Shown here piece after piece: positions 39,231-50,369 of a stretch of 64,000 bases of DNA. The notes beneath the pieces are model-generated. The model searched no databases. It worked only from the letters and a program-made list of their open reading frames with translations, and was not told where the DNA came from. The stretch's first letter is position 1, and each line of letters begins with the position of its first letter. Origin of the DNA: Trichosphaerium sp. ATCC 40318 (lineage: Eukaryota; Protista; Tubulinea); assembly GCA_038496445.1 (NCBI GenBank), contig JALMLS010000093.1:124001-188000 (forward strand), written 5' to 3'. The translations under genes were made by a program, and so were the position numbers.

Positions 39231-39904
39231 AAGCTAAATGGCCAACTTTATTTTTTTGAACTATATGAAAAACAACTTGTAAAAAAATGCATGCATGGCC
39301 TGTATGTGTGGCATGTACTTTCAAACTGTATTTAATTTGTATGTGGCATGTACTTTTAACATGTACATAAAAAAAGGTAAAAAAAAATTTGCCCAAAAAT
39401 TCTGGCATTTGGTAGCCAAAAAATTCAAAAAAAAATCTCAAAAAATAACAGACAGCTTGTAGTCGCAAGGTACGAAACCATGTATTATTAATAAAAGAGG
39501 GTGTTTTAGGATTATTAGGGCATTTACTTAAAAACTAGAGGAGAAAACTTAATAAAGTGCAAAATGTAGCTTTTTGCTGAATTTTGTTGTTTTATTGCAT
39601 AACTTAGGTCTCTCTGTACGAACCACTCAGAAAATGTAGCATTAGGTATAATTAGGTACAATGCGTGGTTTCATGGTGGTTTGGGGTTCAGTGCACCATT
39701 TTTAGGCAAAAACGACAGAAAATATGTATTTGGAGTAGTTTAAGGATATTATGGCTTAATAGCTCTATTAAACCACTTTTTAAAGGCGATTATGGGTTTC
39801 AAGCATTTTTCTGAAATAGTCGTTAAGTTGTGGTGGTTAAGTTGCAGTTGTAGGTTGGTAAGGCATGATGATAGAAATATCTCCTGAAACATGGTCGTTT
39901 AGTG

Positions 39905-39970
39905 GTAATGTATTGTAATGTATTGTAATGTATTGTATGTAGTGTATTGTAATGTATTGTAATGTATATG
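39905..39970 (+). repeat. 10-bp tandem repeat (TATTGTAATG)n inside the TIR-element body
   Basis: Directly visible; its reverse complement occurs at about 43095-43142 in the family-C element. Confidence 0.8.
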
Positions 39971-40041
39971 TAGTTGTAATTACCAATAAACCAATCCATC
40001 GTTTTTAGTATTTTTTGTTCAAAACGAGGCAAAATTCCAAC

Positions 40042-40321
40042 TTTTGACACGTACAATATACATACGTGGCACGTACTTTTCACACGTACAATATACGTAC
40101 GTGGCACGTACTTTTCGCACGTACAATATACGTACGTGGCACGTACTTTTCGCACGTACAATATATGTATGTGGCATGTACTTTTCACACGTACAATATA
40201 CATATGTGCCACGTACTTTTCACACGGATGAAATACGTACGTGGCACGTATTTTGACACGTACAATATACATACGTGCCACGTACTTTTTCACACGTACA
40301 ATATACGTACTTCACACGTAC
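40042..40321 (+). repeat. Tandem 35-bp minisatellite, about 8 units (right subterminal array of family A)
   Basis: Same unit as 38087-38299, in the same orientation, abutting the right TIR. Confidence 0.95.
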
Positions 40322-41140
40322 TTCCGATTTTACTACTGCTGTACCTTTTAAAAAGCCTGCTACATATTAGTGATCCAATGGTTGATGCACTAGTTCTTGG
40401 TACAATACTCAAAGACAAAAGAACTTGTACAACATTTTCCACATGTGTTGTTGCTACTTCAATGTAGAACTCCTTTACCAACCACACCTTCTAAAAACAC
40501 TTTTATTAATTCTATTACTAACCACTTAACCCCCATTACTATCAAACTTATATATCTATTGGCTTTGAATTAACAGAAGCTAACATTGCTTTTCGTTTTT
40601 GTTTTTTCTGAAAATAAAGTAGGCTTTTTCTCTCATGTTCAGCCATTGTTTCTTGGCATTTGACCTGATCAACTCTCTCACCTTCAACTTTCAAAAGGCA
40701 TTAGACAGTATCATCAAGTCTTTGAACTCATGGAAACCCTATGCTAGAACTCTCAAGGCCAAGCACTCAATACTCAGGACATATGCTCAATCACGTATCT
40801 TATATTTTGCTAGACCTCTGCCTATACCTTTGTGATAAGCAATGGCGTAACATTGTCAACTGGTTCATGTTTTATGGCTACTATGACAGCACTAACAATG
40901 TTTCCAAAGATTACAATAACAACGACACTTACCGTTCTTCCTTAAGTTCTAAAACTGCTCTCTCTTTCCACCTTGGTGGGCTGTCTATCCTGATATCTCC
41001 ACCATAGCTGACAATTTTAAAGCTTTTCTTTGGTCTAGGCACCTCAACACAATCACACTATATTCTGATCTCTGGGAATCTGGTCTTTCTGAAATAGGAA
41101 AACTATTGCCATGACCAATGGCTCAAATTAGGTTGTGGTG

Positions 41141-41419
41141 CAGTAGTAAAATCGGAAGTACGTGTGAAGTACGTATATTGTACGTGTGAAAAAGTATGTG
41201 GCACGTACGTATATTGTACGTGTCAAAATACGTGCCACGTACGTATTTCATCCGTGTGAAAAGTATGTGGCATGTACGTATATTGTATGTGTCAAAAGTA
41301 CGTGGCACGTGTGTATATTGTACATGTGAAAAGTACGTGCCACGTACGTATATTGTACGTGTGAAAAGTATGTGCCACGTACATATATTGTACATGTCAA
41401 AATCCCGATTTCACTACTG
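41141..41419. mobile_element. MITE, family A short copy (279 bp): TIRs plus about seven 35-bp units, inverted relative to the long copy
   Basis: Ends are CAGTAGTAAAATCGG and CCGATTTCACTACTG; 2-bp TSD TG (41139-41140 / 41420-41421). Confidence 0.9.
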
Positions 41420-41663
41420 TGTAAAAATTCCTCCAAATCAAACCTATATTAAAGTCTCTGACATTGTCAAAAATAATACCCCTGCTTCCAACCAGGTTCA
41501 CTGGCCACCTACTCTCCAAAAAATGATAGATCTAGGCTGGAAAGTTCATCTTATGCTCAAGTCTGTCAGTAAGCTTAGCAGAGTTAACAAACCTAGAGAT
41601 ATTCTTTGGAGATATCTGCTCAAGCTCCTTCCTGTCAAACACTCCGATTTCATGTATCCACTA

Positions 41664-42741
41664 CAGTGGTGGAATCGGACAAAATACGCGTGCTTAAAAC
41701 GTGCCATTTGCGTGAAAAATAAATGTGCCCAAAACGTGCCCAAAACGTGCCATTCGCGTGTTGTATATTTGCAATAAACGTGTCCAAAACGTGCCATTTG
41801 CGTGTTTTAACCATGACCTGTCCTTAATAGAAATTTGGAGAAAAATTCAAAATAAAAAAATTGACAAACTCAAAACTCAACCATTTCACCCCAAAGCCAA
41901 TCACCTCCAATCGTCAACAATAAAACATGTATTTTCACCCAAGTAAGCAGTAGTTAGGTTTGTATCGGCATGGCTCTAAAAGTAGGCGAAAAAATCTAAA
42001 AATACCCAAAAACCAACAATTTCTTGATTTTCCTATTTTTCGTGAATAACTCAGGTCTACTAGTACGAATCCTTTAAAAAACAAAGTATGGCCCACTATT
42101 AGGTACGATGCATGGTTTCGTGGTGGTTTGGGGTTCGGTGCCCCTTTTTAAGGCAAAAACGATAGAAAATAGATATTTAGGGTAGTTTAAGGATATTATG
42201 GCTCCATAACTCCATTAAACCCCTTTTTAAAGACGATTATTGGATTTGAGATTTTTTGCCTAATTAGGTAAGTTCTTGCTTAAGTATTTACGATAAGGTA
42301 GGATTGGCGAAAAAAGCAGGTAAAATGGCAAAAACATGAAGTTGGTTGATATAAACTGGGTATCGTTTATGTGGGGATAGTTTTATGTAAAGTTTGTAAT
42401 AATTGTACCAAACCTCTTTGTAATCGTTATGTGTTATGTATCGTAATAAACTGTTATTTTCTTTTCCTTTATAAAGTGGTGTTTTATGCGTGCTCAAAAC
42501 GTGTGATATGCGTGGCAAATATGCATGCCCAAAACGTGCCCAAAACGTGGAAAATAAACGTGCCTAAAACGTGCCCAAAACGTAGATAATAAACGTGCCC
42601 AAAACGTGTCCAAAACGTGTCTTTTGCGTGGAAAAAAAACGTGCCCAAAACGTGTCCAAAGCGTGTCTTTTGTGTGGAAAATAAACGTGCCCAAAATGTG
42701 CCCAAAACGTGCGATTCGCGTTCTGACTGATTCCACCACTG
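41664..42741. mobile_element. Non-autonomous TIR element, family B (1078 bp), with AAAACGTGCCC subterminal repeats
   Basis: Ends are CAGTGGTGGAATCGG and CTGATTCCACCACTG; TSD TA (41662-41663 / 42742-42743). The empty site aligns with the LINE copy at about 38899-38935. Confidence 0.9.
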
Positions 42742-42939
42742 TACACCATCATTGTTTGTTTTTTGAATGGGAATATGCATTGCATTTGGAAATGTTGCAA
42801 CTCTCTTCTCCATGATGAAGAAATTCCAGTCGTTCACAAAGTTCTCTTTTGGCATCAACAAAATATTCTTGTTGCACTCAATATTGATAACTCACAGTGT
42901 GAAGATTCTCCAGATGAAGAAAAGTTCACTTATGTTGGT

Positions 42940-44155
42940 GGTCAAAAGTACAGATTCCATACAGGTTTTGTACAGGTCAAAAGTACAGAACCTGTACGGG
43001 TTAGGTACAGGTCAAAATATGTGTCAGCAATTATAATTGTGTACACAAAATAGTAAAAACAATGGATTGGTTTATTGTTTTCTTAATTATTACAAGTACA
43101 TTTACATTACAACACATTACAATACATTACATTACATTACAACCTCATTAACAACTATTTCAGAAAAATGCTTGAAACCCATAATCGCCTTTAATAAGTG
43201 GTTTAATAGAGCTATTAGGCCATAATATCCTAATGCTACATTTTCTGAGCAGTTCGTACAGTCAAACCAAAGTTATTCAATAAAGTGCAAAATTCAGCAA
43301 AAAGCTACATTTTGCACTTTATTAAGTTTTCTCCTCTACTTTTTAAGTAAATGCCAAAGAAAAAGCCATTCACATCAGCTCCATCATGCATTGTATTTGG
43401 AAGTGTCGCAACTCTCTTCTCCATGATGAAGCAACTCCAGTAGTTCACAAAGTTCTTTTCTGGCACCAACAAAATATTCTTGTTGCACTCAACATTGACA
43501 ACTCACAGTGTGAAAATTCCCCAGATGAAGAAAAGTTCACTTATGTTGGTAATTTCTGGAAGTCCATGGGCTGGTTGGCAGATATCACCGATACCTGGGA
43601 AGATTGGGGTGCAGGCTTACCTCCTCCACCTGAACCTCCTCCTTTACCAACCACACCTTTTAAAAACACCTATGTTAATTCAATTACTAACCACTTAACC
43701 CCCATTATTAGGAATAAAAGAAAAAAACACAACTATTATTCAAACTATGAAAGTTCAGATGAATGGGATGATGATCCATACTTTGATTTGTAAAAACCTA
43801 ATGTAACCCAATTGCATGCGTGGTTATTGTCGTCCACAGCACAATAAACCCACCTTTTTTTGAAAAAAAAAAAACTTTTTAAGTAAATGCCCTAATAACT
43901 TTAAAACACCCTCATCTATTAATAATACATGTTTTTGTACCTTACGATTACAAGCTGCCATTTAATTGCAGTAATTTTTTTTTGGAATTTTTGATTGCCA
44001 AATCCAACAAAATTTGATGGCCAAATACATCCCATACGTAACCCGTACAGGTTTTGTACAGGTCAAAAGTACAGAACCCGTACAGGTTAAGTACAGGTCA
44101 AAAGTACGGGTTATGTACAGGTTTAGTATGGGTCAAAATCCCGATTCCAGTACTG
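42940..44155. mobile_element. Family-C TIR element remnant (left TIR missing) with TACAGGTCAAAAGTAC-type subterminal repeats, interrupted by a LINE
   Basis: Right end is CCCGATTCCAGTACTG. The body is the reverse complement of about 39400-40020. Confidence 0.7.
43356..43874 (+). mobile_element. 5'-truncated L1/Tx1-like retrotransposon with intact ORF2 C-terminus, 3' UTR and poly(A)
   Basis: ORF 43386-43793 (HCIWKCRNSLLHDE...); AATAAA followed by A12. 17-18-bp TSD (A)CTTTTTAAGTAAATGCC at 43339-43355 / 43875-43891. An empty-site paralog occurs at about 39500-39550. Confidence 0.9.
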
Positions 44156-44179
44156 TTGTAAAAAATAAAAAAAAAAAAA

Positions 44180-44860
44180 AAAGTTGTCTATGGTGGAGGA
44201 GTGGGAATTCCAAAGGTCGTGTAGAGAGTGGGTATAGCTAAGTGCCTGGACCAAAGAGAGGCCTTAAAGTTGTCAGCTAAGGATCGGAGAGATGGGAGAT
44301 TGAGACCTAAATGGTAGTTCAACCCTACTTTTTGTAGGTGAGTGGTACATATAAGACTCATCATAGACTTTAGCAACATTACCAGTGGTTATGTGGCAGC
44401 CATAAAACATGAACCAGTTGCAGATGTTGTTTCACTTGTTTTCAACCAAGATGGGGGTAGCTAAAGGCCAACAGAAATAAAAAACTTGGGACTGGGCATA
44501 AGTGTGCAGTATTGCTTGACATGTCTTTAGCATACAAGCATAAGGTTTTCAGGACATGAAAAACTTGACAACACTGTCTATGCTTGATGCAAGTTGAAGG
44601 TAAGGGTACTTGAAGGGCTCAGAGCAAAGCCCAGGTACTTTGTAACTGGAGTAGATGGGAGAATCTGTTGGTTATTGCCAACAATGTTGATTTGGAATGA
44701 TTTGGACATGTTGATTGAGCATACTGTCTCACCAAGAATCCATTGGATGATTGACAAAGCAGTTAACTGCTTGATACATTGAGAGGACTGTTTTTCCTTT
44801 GAGGATTTGTGTAAGGGAGTTCCTTCATCAGTAACAATGGATGATATTGTGAGTACACAA
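44180..44860 (-). mobile_element. Degenerate LINE reverse-transcriptase C-terminal fragment
   Basis: INMSKS...VTKYLGF (RT domains 6-7 type), then sequence homologous to 40650-41040. Confidence 0.7.
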
Positions 44861-44929
44861 ACATTTATTGGCATGTTTTTCTTACTTTACATTTTTTATT
44901 TACAAAATGCCAAATTAACTTTTTACAAC

Positions 44930-47900
44930 TTATGGCATATCCTGTGGTACCCATACTTCAACATTTGTACAACGAAACTCCTCAGCATTGGATAATCGCC
45001 TGTTCAAGAATGTTTCAGATGTTTCACTGGTGCCAAAGTGTAAATCTGAATCCAACCAAAAGCCATATCTTCCCATTTTCCTACCTCATATTAAGTAAAC
45101 TAACACCTCAGCAAACATACCCTCCACCCATAGCAATGCTCTTGCGTGTTGCATGCATAAAATAATCATTAACACGAGTCCATAGGTATGTGTTTGCAGT
45201 GGGCTTCATTGAAAATAAAAATGATTGGCCTGTGCCAAAGTATCCTTTTTGAGGAGACCATTGCTCTGAACAAAATCCACCAAAGACCTGTAATCCACAA
45301 TTAAATAAAATTGTTTTAAGAATGATGCTTACATAGCCATCAGTATCTTCTATGACTATAAGACAGGCTTGATGAGGTTCAAGGCGCTTGAAGAATGTAG
45401 CAAGACTGGTGCCATCCTCATATGTTGCAAAGACACGTTTCCAGCCCAGGTATCTATAGCGCAGTGGCAAATCAGAGCGTATCTAGGAATAGCAATTAAT
45501 CAAGCAGTATGACTCACTCTTTGGAACGTACCCTTGCTATGTCCTGCCCACTAATGAGGTTGGAACTGGAGTGCAACTTTGGTATCTCCTATTATTTCAT
45601 TAAAATAAATAAATCATTTGCAAAATCAGTACTTCATTCTCAGCATCAAATGCAAAAATGTTTGAAGACTCTGATGCTGGTTTGACTGCATCTACAGCGA
45701 TAAAAGTCAGTTAATGTTTACACAAATGCCACACGCTCCTCTCGGTGCAAACATGTTTTAAAAAGTTTGCACTGAGAGCTTGGCAGTGTGATTTCTACTA
45801 ATCTAGCAACATATTGTATATACACAGTGAAAGGGTGCGAGAAACAAGGTATGCGGCACCTGTCTCTGGAGATAAACGTTGATGACTGCGCTTCCGTGGT
45901 GACCCATCTTGAAGTTTAAGCCCAAATGGAGTCACTATCCATATGAGTAAGAAATGAGATAGAGAGCTGGCGTGGACGTACATGATGGTGGTGTAAATGA
46001 ATCAAGATTGAGCGAATCTGTAATTTTCTCAGTCTTGAACTTCCGTATCCACTGTACAACAGCCTTACAAATGCGAGAGGCACTGTGTGGAACGTACAAA
46101 GGTCAGCAAGAATTGTAGAAATACTTAGAAGCAACAAAAAAAATAATTTGAAACAAAAAGAGCATACGTTTCTAGTGTTGCCTTGAAGCGTAACACATTG
46201 CTTCTGAGGTGTTGATGCTTCTCAGTTGTGAGTAATTGCAAGTACACCCACTCTGGCTCCTCACTGTTGCTGGATCGATGTGTGTTAACCTAGACGTAAC
46301 GAAAAACAGTAAGCACACTGAATGATGGATGAAGTGTCTTCATTGAATTGCGCACCACTTCACACTTGTGTACGTTACCCAGCTCAATGTTAAAGTGGTA
46401 GTATGAGAGCCCCTTTTTCTTGACGTTGATACTATCCAAATCTGGTTCGAATACAAAGAAGCGTGCATTGGTTGTAAGGAGGCCACGAACCTCGGCATTA
46501 TTGCTTTCATCTAGAATTGAGACGCGGCCCTTTACAACTGCGTTAATTGAGTCTGCTGGATTCTCAGTTGCCCCGCGGTGCAGCATGAGCGCTCTGGGGT
46601 GAAGCGGTTGATACCGCGGCACTCTTTGAATGAGACCAGGTGAAGCAATTTGAGGACTAAAAGAAGGCAACGAGGTTTTTTGTGAAGGGCTCACTGCGGC
46701 CTCGGAGTCGTCCACTGATTGGCCAATGTATCCCTCACGTGCTGGTAAGACACTCTCCTGTAATAACGCATTTATGAGCGAAGAGTGCACAAGTCTGAGA
46801 ATAAAGATACGTACACGTTGGTTTACACTTAATCGTGTTAGTATTGGCTGGAACCTGCCCTTTACGATAGATGGAGGAGACTGTGCAGCCTTAACACGCA
46901 ATGACGCCTTTAATTTTGGTACGAGAACAACCTGAAGGGAAAAAAAACGGATCAGTGTTCACTAACAGTAATTATAATAATATTTACCTGTCCTGGGATT
47001 AACTGACTAGAGTGCATTATGTTAGGGTTAAGCTGCAACCATCCAGACTTTTGCATGCCATACTTCATTAAGATGGAAGATAGCGTTTCGCCAGGAGCAA
47101 CAATGTGATCGGCATACTCTTCTTCTTTGCCTTTTGGTATTAATTTCGATTTTCGCCTAAGAGAACTACTTCGTTTTCGCATGCCAAGCTCTTCTTCATC
47201 TAATCAATAAATCTCCAGTTAACACAAATCAAGATAAAAGAATGTAACTAATTTTGAGAAAAAGTGTTGATGCATACGCAATCTGCCTATTTGCGGAAGT
47301 GGGGTCTTTTTGCTAGCAGCCAGGTACTCAAACAGACTTTGAAACGATGGCTCTATGCAGTTCTCGTGCTTGTCAATGTACGTCTGCGCATTGTTCACCA
47401 TAACCTGAATATTTTGTTAGCAGTGAACAGGACCAAGCTCTGAGCAAACAAGTGGATTTCTTCAATCCAACAACAAAAAATTACAAACCGTGAAAATAAA
47501 CGTGCCTCCTTTAACTTTGTAGCAGAAAGTGGAGATATCAGTGACAGTATGTCAAATGCTGGCGGTGCTAGAGGGTACGCATGCGGAAAGAACACTTTTA
47601 CTTGCAACATGTGCATATCGACTTTGATTGTCGCAATCAAGTACCTCTCAACGCCGCACAACTAACTCGTGTTAAAATACACGAAAATGAGTTAATGCAA
47701 TATGAATTTTTTTACCTTGTTTATTTCGAAACCTGGTTTGTCCTTGTAGTTCTGTTGCAAGAACAAAAATTCGCTATTTAGATCCAAAACTGTCCTTTTA
47801 CGTTCCTTGTATTTACCGCTACCCGATGAACTGGTACGCGGTCTATGTAAGCCCAAAGTCAAAGTGTCCCTGTGTCCACACTCCTACAACAACAAAGCAG

Positions 47901-49490
47901 TGTCAATGGTTTGTACTGTTCTATCATGTGACACGCACATCAAGAATGCTCTGTTCTACTGTCCAAAATTTGAGTGCACCTTCAGCACGTGACCATGACA
48001 ACAGTTGATACTCCGTGGTGCCAGTTAATTGTGAGACACGCCAGCCAATGTTTGAAATGTGGTCTGTGTGGCCATCAAACGTTGCTACCAGCTTGGGTTC
48101 GCTTGGTTTTGCTAGAGAATACACGGCTATTGAATGTTCGTCAGCCATCGTGCCAACCACACCACCACCAAAAGGCTAGTAATTTCAACAAAATGTAAGT
48201 ACAATGGATACATTTAATCAAAAAAAAAACGTGGACAAATTTTCTTACCGTGAAGCATGCAGTACTCATTGGGAATGGTGCTTGTAGTCGGGCAAGCTCC
48301 GATCGTGGCTTAGTAATATCCCAAAACTGTATTCTGTATGTTAGGACCAAAAAAACAAAGGGTAGTACACGTGCCATTATTCTGTTGCTGCACGTCATAA
48401 TCTCATTTGGATTTTTGTAGTGCCAATCAATGTTCGTTATTTGCTTAGTTTCCGCTGCTATACACAAGAAAGGAGATGCATGTTTCTACTTGACGTGAAT
48501 TTGGCGTAACAAGTAAACTGAAAGCAGAAAAAAAAAACCACGTGTCTCGTACCCTCACATCCCAAAACCTCACTTGTCTACCATGGGCACTCGCTAATAT
48601 ACTATCTTTCTGTCTATTCCACCTCAACGATGTAGCATGCTCTACGATGATGAATTGAGCACGTGAAAATGGAAAAAAAAAAAAAGAATAATTACCATTG
48701 TGGGACTGTAACGACCTCATGGTAAACGCTTTTTTAGGCTTCCTCGTGTCCCACATGTGTATAAATTTGTCGCTGCCAGCACTTGCTAAAATGTGAGGAC
48801 GTGATTTGGCTTGCCAATCAATGTCCGTCACTGCACGCCTACACCTTGCGTTATAATTCCTCTGTTTGGATTGGATGTACAATAAAACAGGCAAAGGAGA
48901 ACGTCGCATGAATCACTGCTGTCGGGGGTTTTTTTGATTGTTTTTTTTTTTTTTTCAGAAAATGAGTTCGTCTGCTACTTACGTGTGGCCGTCCAATACA
49001 GATTGCAGTGCCCCTTGCTCACTATCGAGACTCCATATTGCAATGCTGTCATTGTGCTGTATGGTACATTAGATGGTCGACGATGTGGGAACAAGTCGCA
49101 AACTGAACGGAAAAAAAAAAAAATCATGAAATGCGCGTAACAACTGATTTTACATGAGTTTTTACGTACTGTGGAAGCAATAAGGGAGTTGTGCTTATTC
49201 CATTTTATAACACCGACTGGATGTTTTGCACTTCTGTACTTTAAAATGCGTAGAACTCGTGAAGGGTCTTCCAGGTCCACCAAATACAACCCTCGCACGC
49301 TATAAATGCCATTTAATGAAAAGTATCACGGTTTATCAACGCCGTACCCGCCCAGCGCCGCGTATTTACCAATGGTATCTATACCGAAAGTATCAACCTT
49401 CCTGCGCCCAAACGTATCGATGCATAGATTTTGATAAATAGTCGATACATCCTCCTGGTGCTGCGGTTTTGTGCCGAAACGCGGTTCCAT
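44930..49490 (-). CDS. WDR59/Sea3-like WD40 + RWD region fused to OXR1/NCOA7-like LysM - GRAM-like - TLDc domains
   Basis: WD40: RGLYLVDLEDP, AVTDIDW...HILAS...IHMWDTRKP, ILASAHG, FTPFG, FDGHTD. RWD: VFFPHAYPLAPPAF. LysM: HIVAPGETLSSI...QLIPGQV. TLDc: LPLRYRYLGWKRVFATYEDGTSL...VFGGF...YFGTGQSFLF. A phase-compatible intron at 47200-47277 links RWD to LysM. Confidence 0.75.
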
Positions 49491-49780
49491 CTCAAAAATT
49501 TAACGCGTTTGTCGTCTGTTAAACATAAACCTTTTTCTCAGCACCTCTCTTGTCTACGTAATACGTTGAGCTAGTTATTGGCGTGGGAGACTTGCTGGTA
49601 CCGACTTAATCCGCACCCATTTGGTATTCTATTTGTTACCTTTTGCTGTAGACAATACATTGTATACTTGAAGGGTTTTCAGCAGGTCGACCGTTAGTAG
49701 AAAACAAAAACGTGTAACGAGACCGGACTTAAATGTGACGCCGTTGTTCCTTTACCTAAATAACGAGCAACAGAAACGCA

Positions 49781-50369
49781 ATGGTGAGTATTTGTGTGTA
49801 CTTTTCTACAGTTAACCGCTGTACCAGGGCTGCTCTTTTCACTTTCTCCCAACGTCTCAATTAAAGGATGGTATAGTAGCCAATTACTTCAAAGTGCGCT
49901 TACGAGCATAGGAATATTTGTTTTACAAAGGTGGTTCTGGAAATGGCTGATAGACTTCCCAAAAAACTCCTCAGCTGTAGAGCCTTCGCTCTTTTATGTA
50001 TTAATGCTCGTAGGCTTCCCTTTTGTTTTGGTACGTTATTGGCAATACTCCACCCTTTATTCTGCCAGTTTAACGCTCAGTAGTGCTTCTATTTATTGCT
50101 TGTTGTATTGGACATAGTACATTTGGTTGTATTTGTTGCTGGTTTGGTACTATGGGGTATAGTGTGGTTCGTTACATCATTTGGCACTTGTTTGTGCTGC
50201 GTACGTTTACCTGCACAATGAATTTGAGTCATATTGATAAATGCCTAGTTCCACATAAAGAATTGGTCCGAGTGGGCACATATTCTTATGTCGCCGCCAT
50301 GGTATGTCGCTCAATTAGTGAGTTGCTCGTGCTGCTGCAATCCAACAGGCTATGAGGGCAAAATTATAA
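49781..50369 (+). CDS. Small multi-pass membrane protein of unknown function
   Basis: ATG-only first exon and a 28-nt intron, then hydrophobic exons (LFYVLMLVGFPFVL; FYLLLVVLDIVHLVVFVAGLVLWGIVWFV); stop TAA at 50367-50369. Confidence 0.55.

Larger units (their letters stand above)
38069..40338. mobile_element. Non-autonomous TIR DNA element, family A long copy (2270 bp), carrying internal LINE remnants
   Basis: Ends are CAGTAGTGAAATTGG and CCGATTTTACTACTG. 2-bp TSD CT (38067-38068 / 40339-40340). 35-bp arrays lie at both subtermini, and the empty site restores a reading frame. Confidence 0.8.
37613..40465 (-). pseudogene. Disrupted ORF of unknown origin, split by the 38069-40338 element
   Basis: Removing 38069-40338 and one CT copy joins ...CSRLFKRY to RKAWSKVEQQK... 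in frame. After one in-frame stop (37868-37870) the frame continues into ORF 37613-37861. Confidence 0.55.
40640..42939 (+). mobile_element. Degenerate L1/Tx1-like ORF2 fragment (post-RT region to zf-RVT-like C-terminus) interrupted by two TIR elements
   Basis: SLNSWKPYARTLKAKHSILRTYAQSRILYF, GGL, RDILWRYLLKLLP, HCIWKCCNSLLHDE. The frame is restored across the 41141-41419 insertion (QWLKLGCG|VKIPPNQ). Confidence 0.75.
36870..44920. other. Gene-free, CpG-depleted island of nested transposon remnants and minisatellites
   Basis: No intact host gene between the convergent GNAT and TLDc 3' ends. I read no CG between about 36655 and 38104 or between about 44287 and 44972. The region contains multiple TIR elements and LINE pieces. 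Confidence 0.85.

Noticed and set aside
38087-41402. 35-36-bp repeats resembling a CRISPR array
   Set aside because: The units are contiguous with no unique spacers, there are no cas genes, the context is eukaryotic, and the arrays are subterminal repeats inside TIR elements.
41664-42741. Classification as a Tc1/mariner MITE (TA-CAGT...ACTG-TA)
   Set aside because: Sister elements with related TIRs have CT and TG duplications, so TA specificity is not supported.
38088-42861. Repetitive ORFs in the ORF track (e.g. FSHVQYTYV..., RFGHVLGTF...)
   Set aside because: They are translations of non-coding minisatellites that are open in several frames on both strands.
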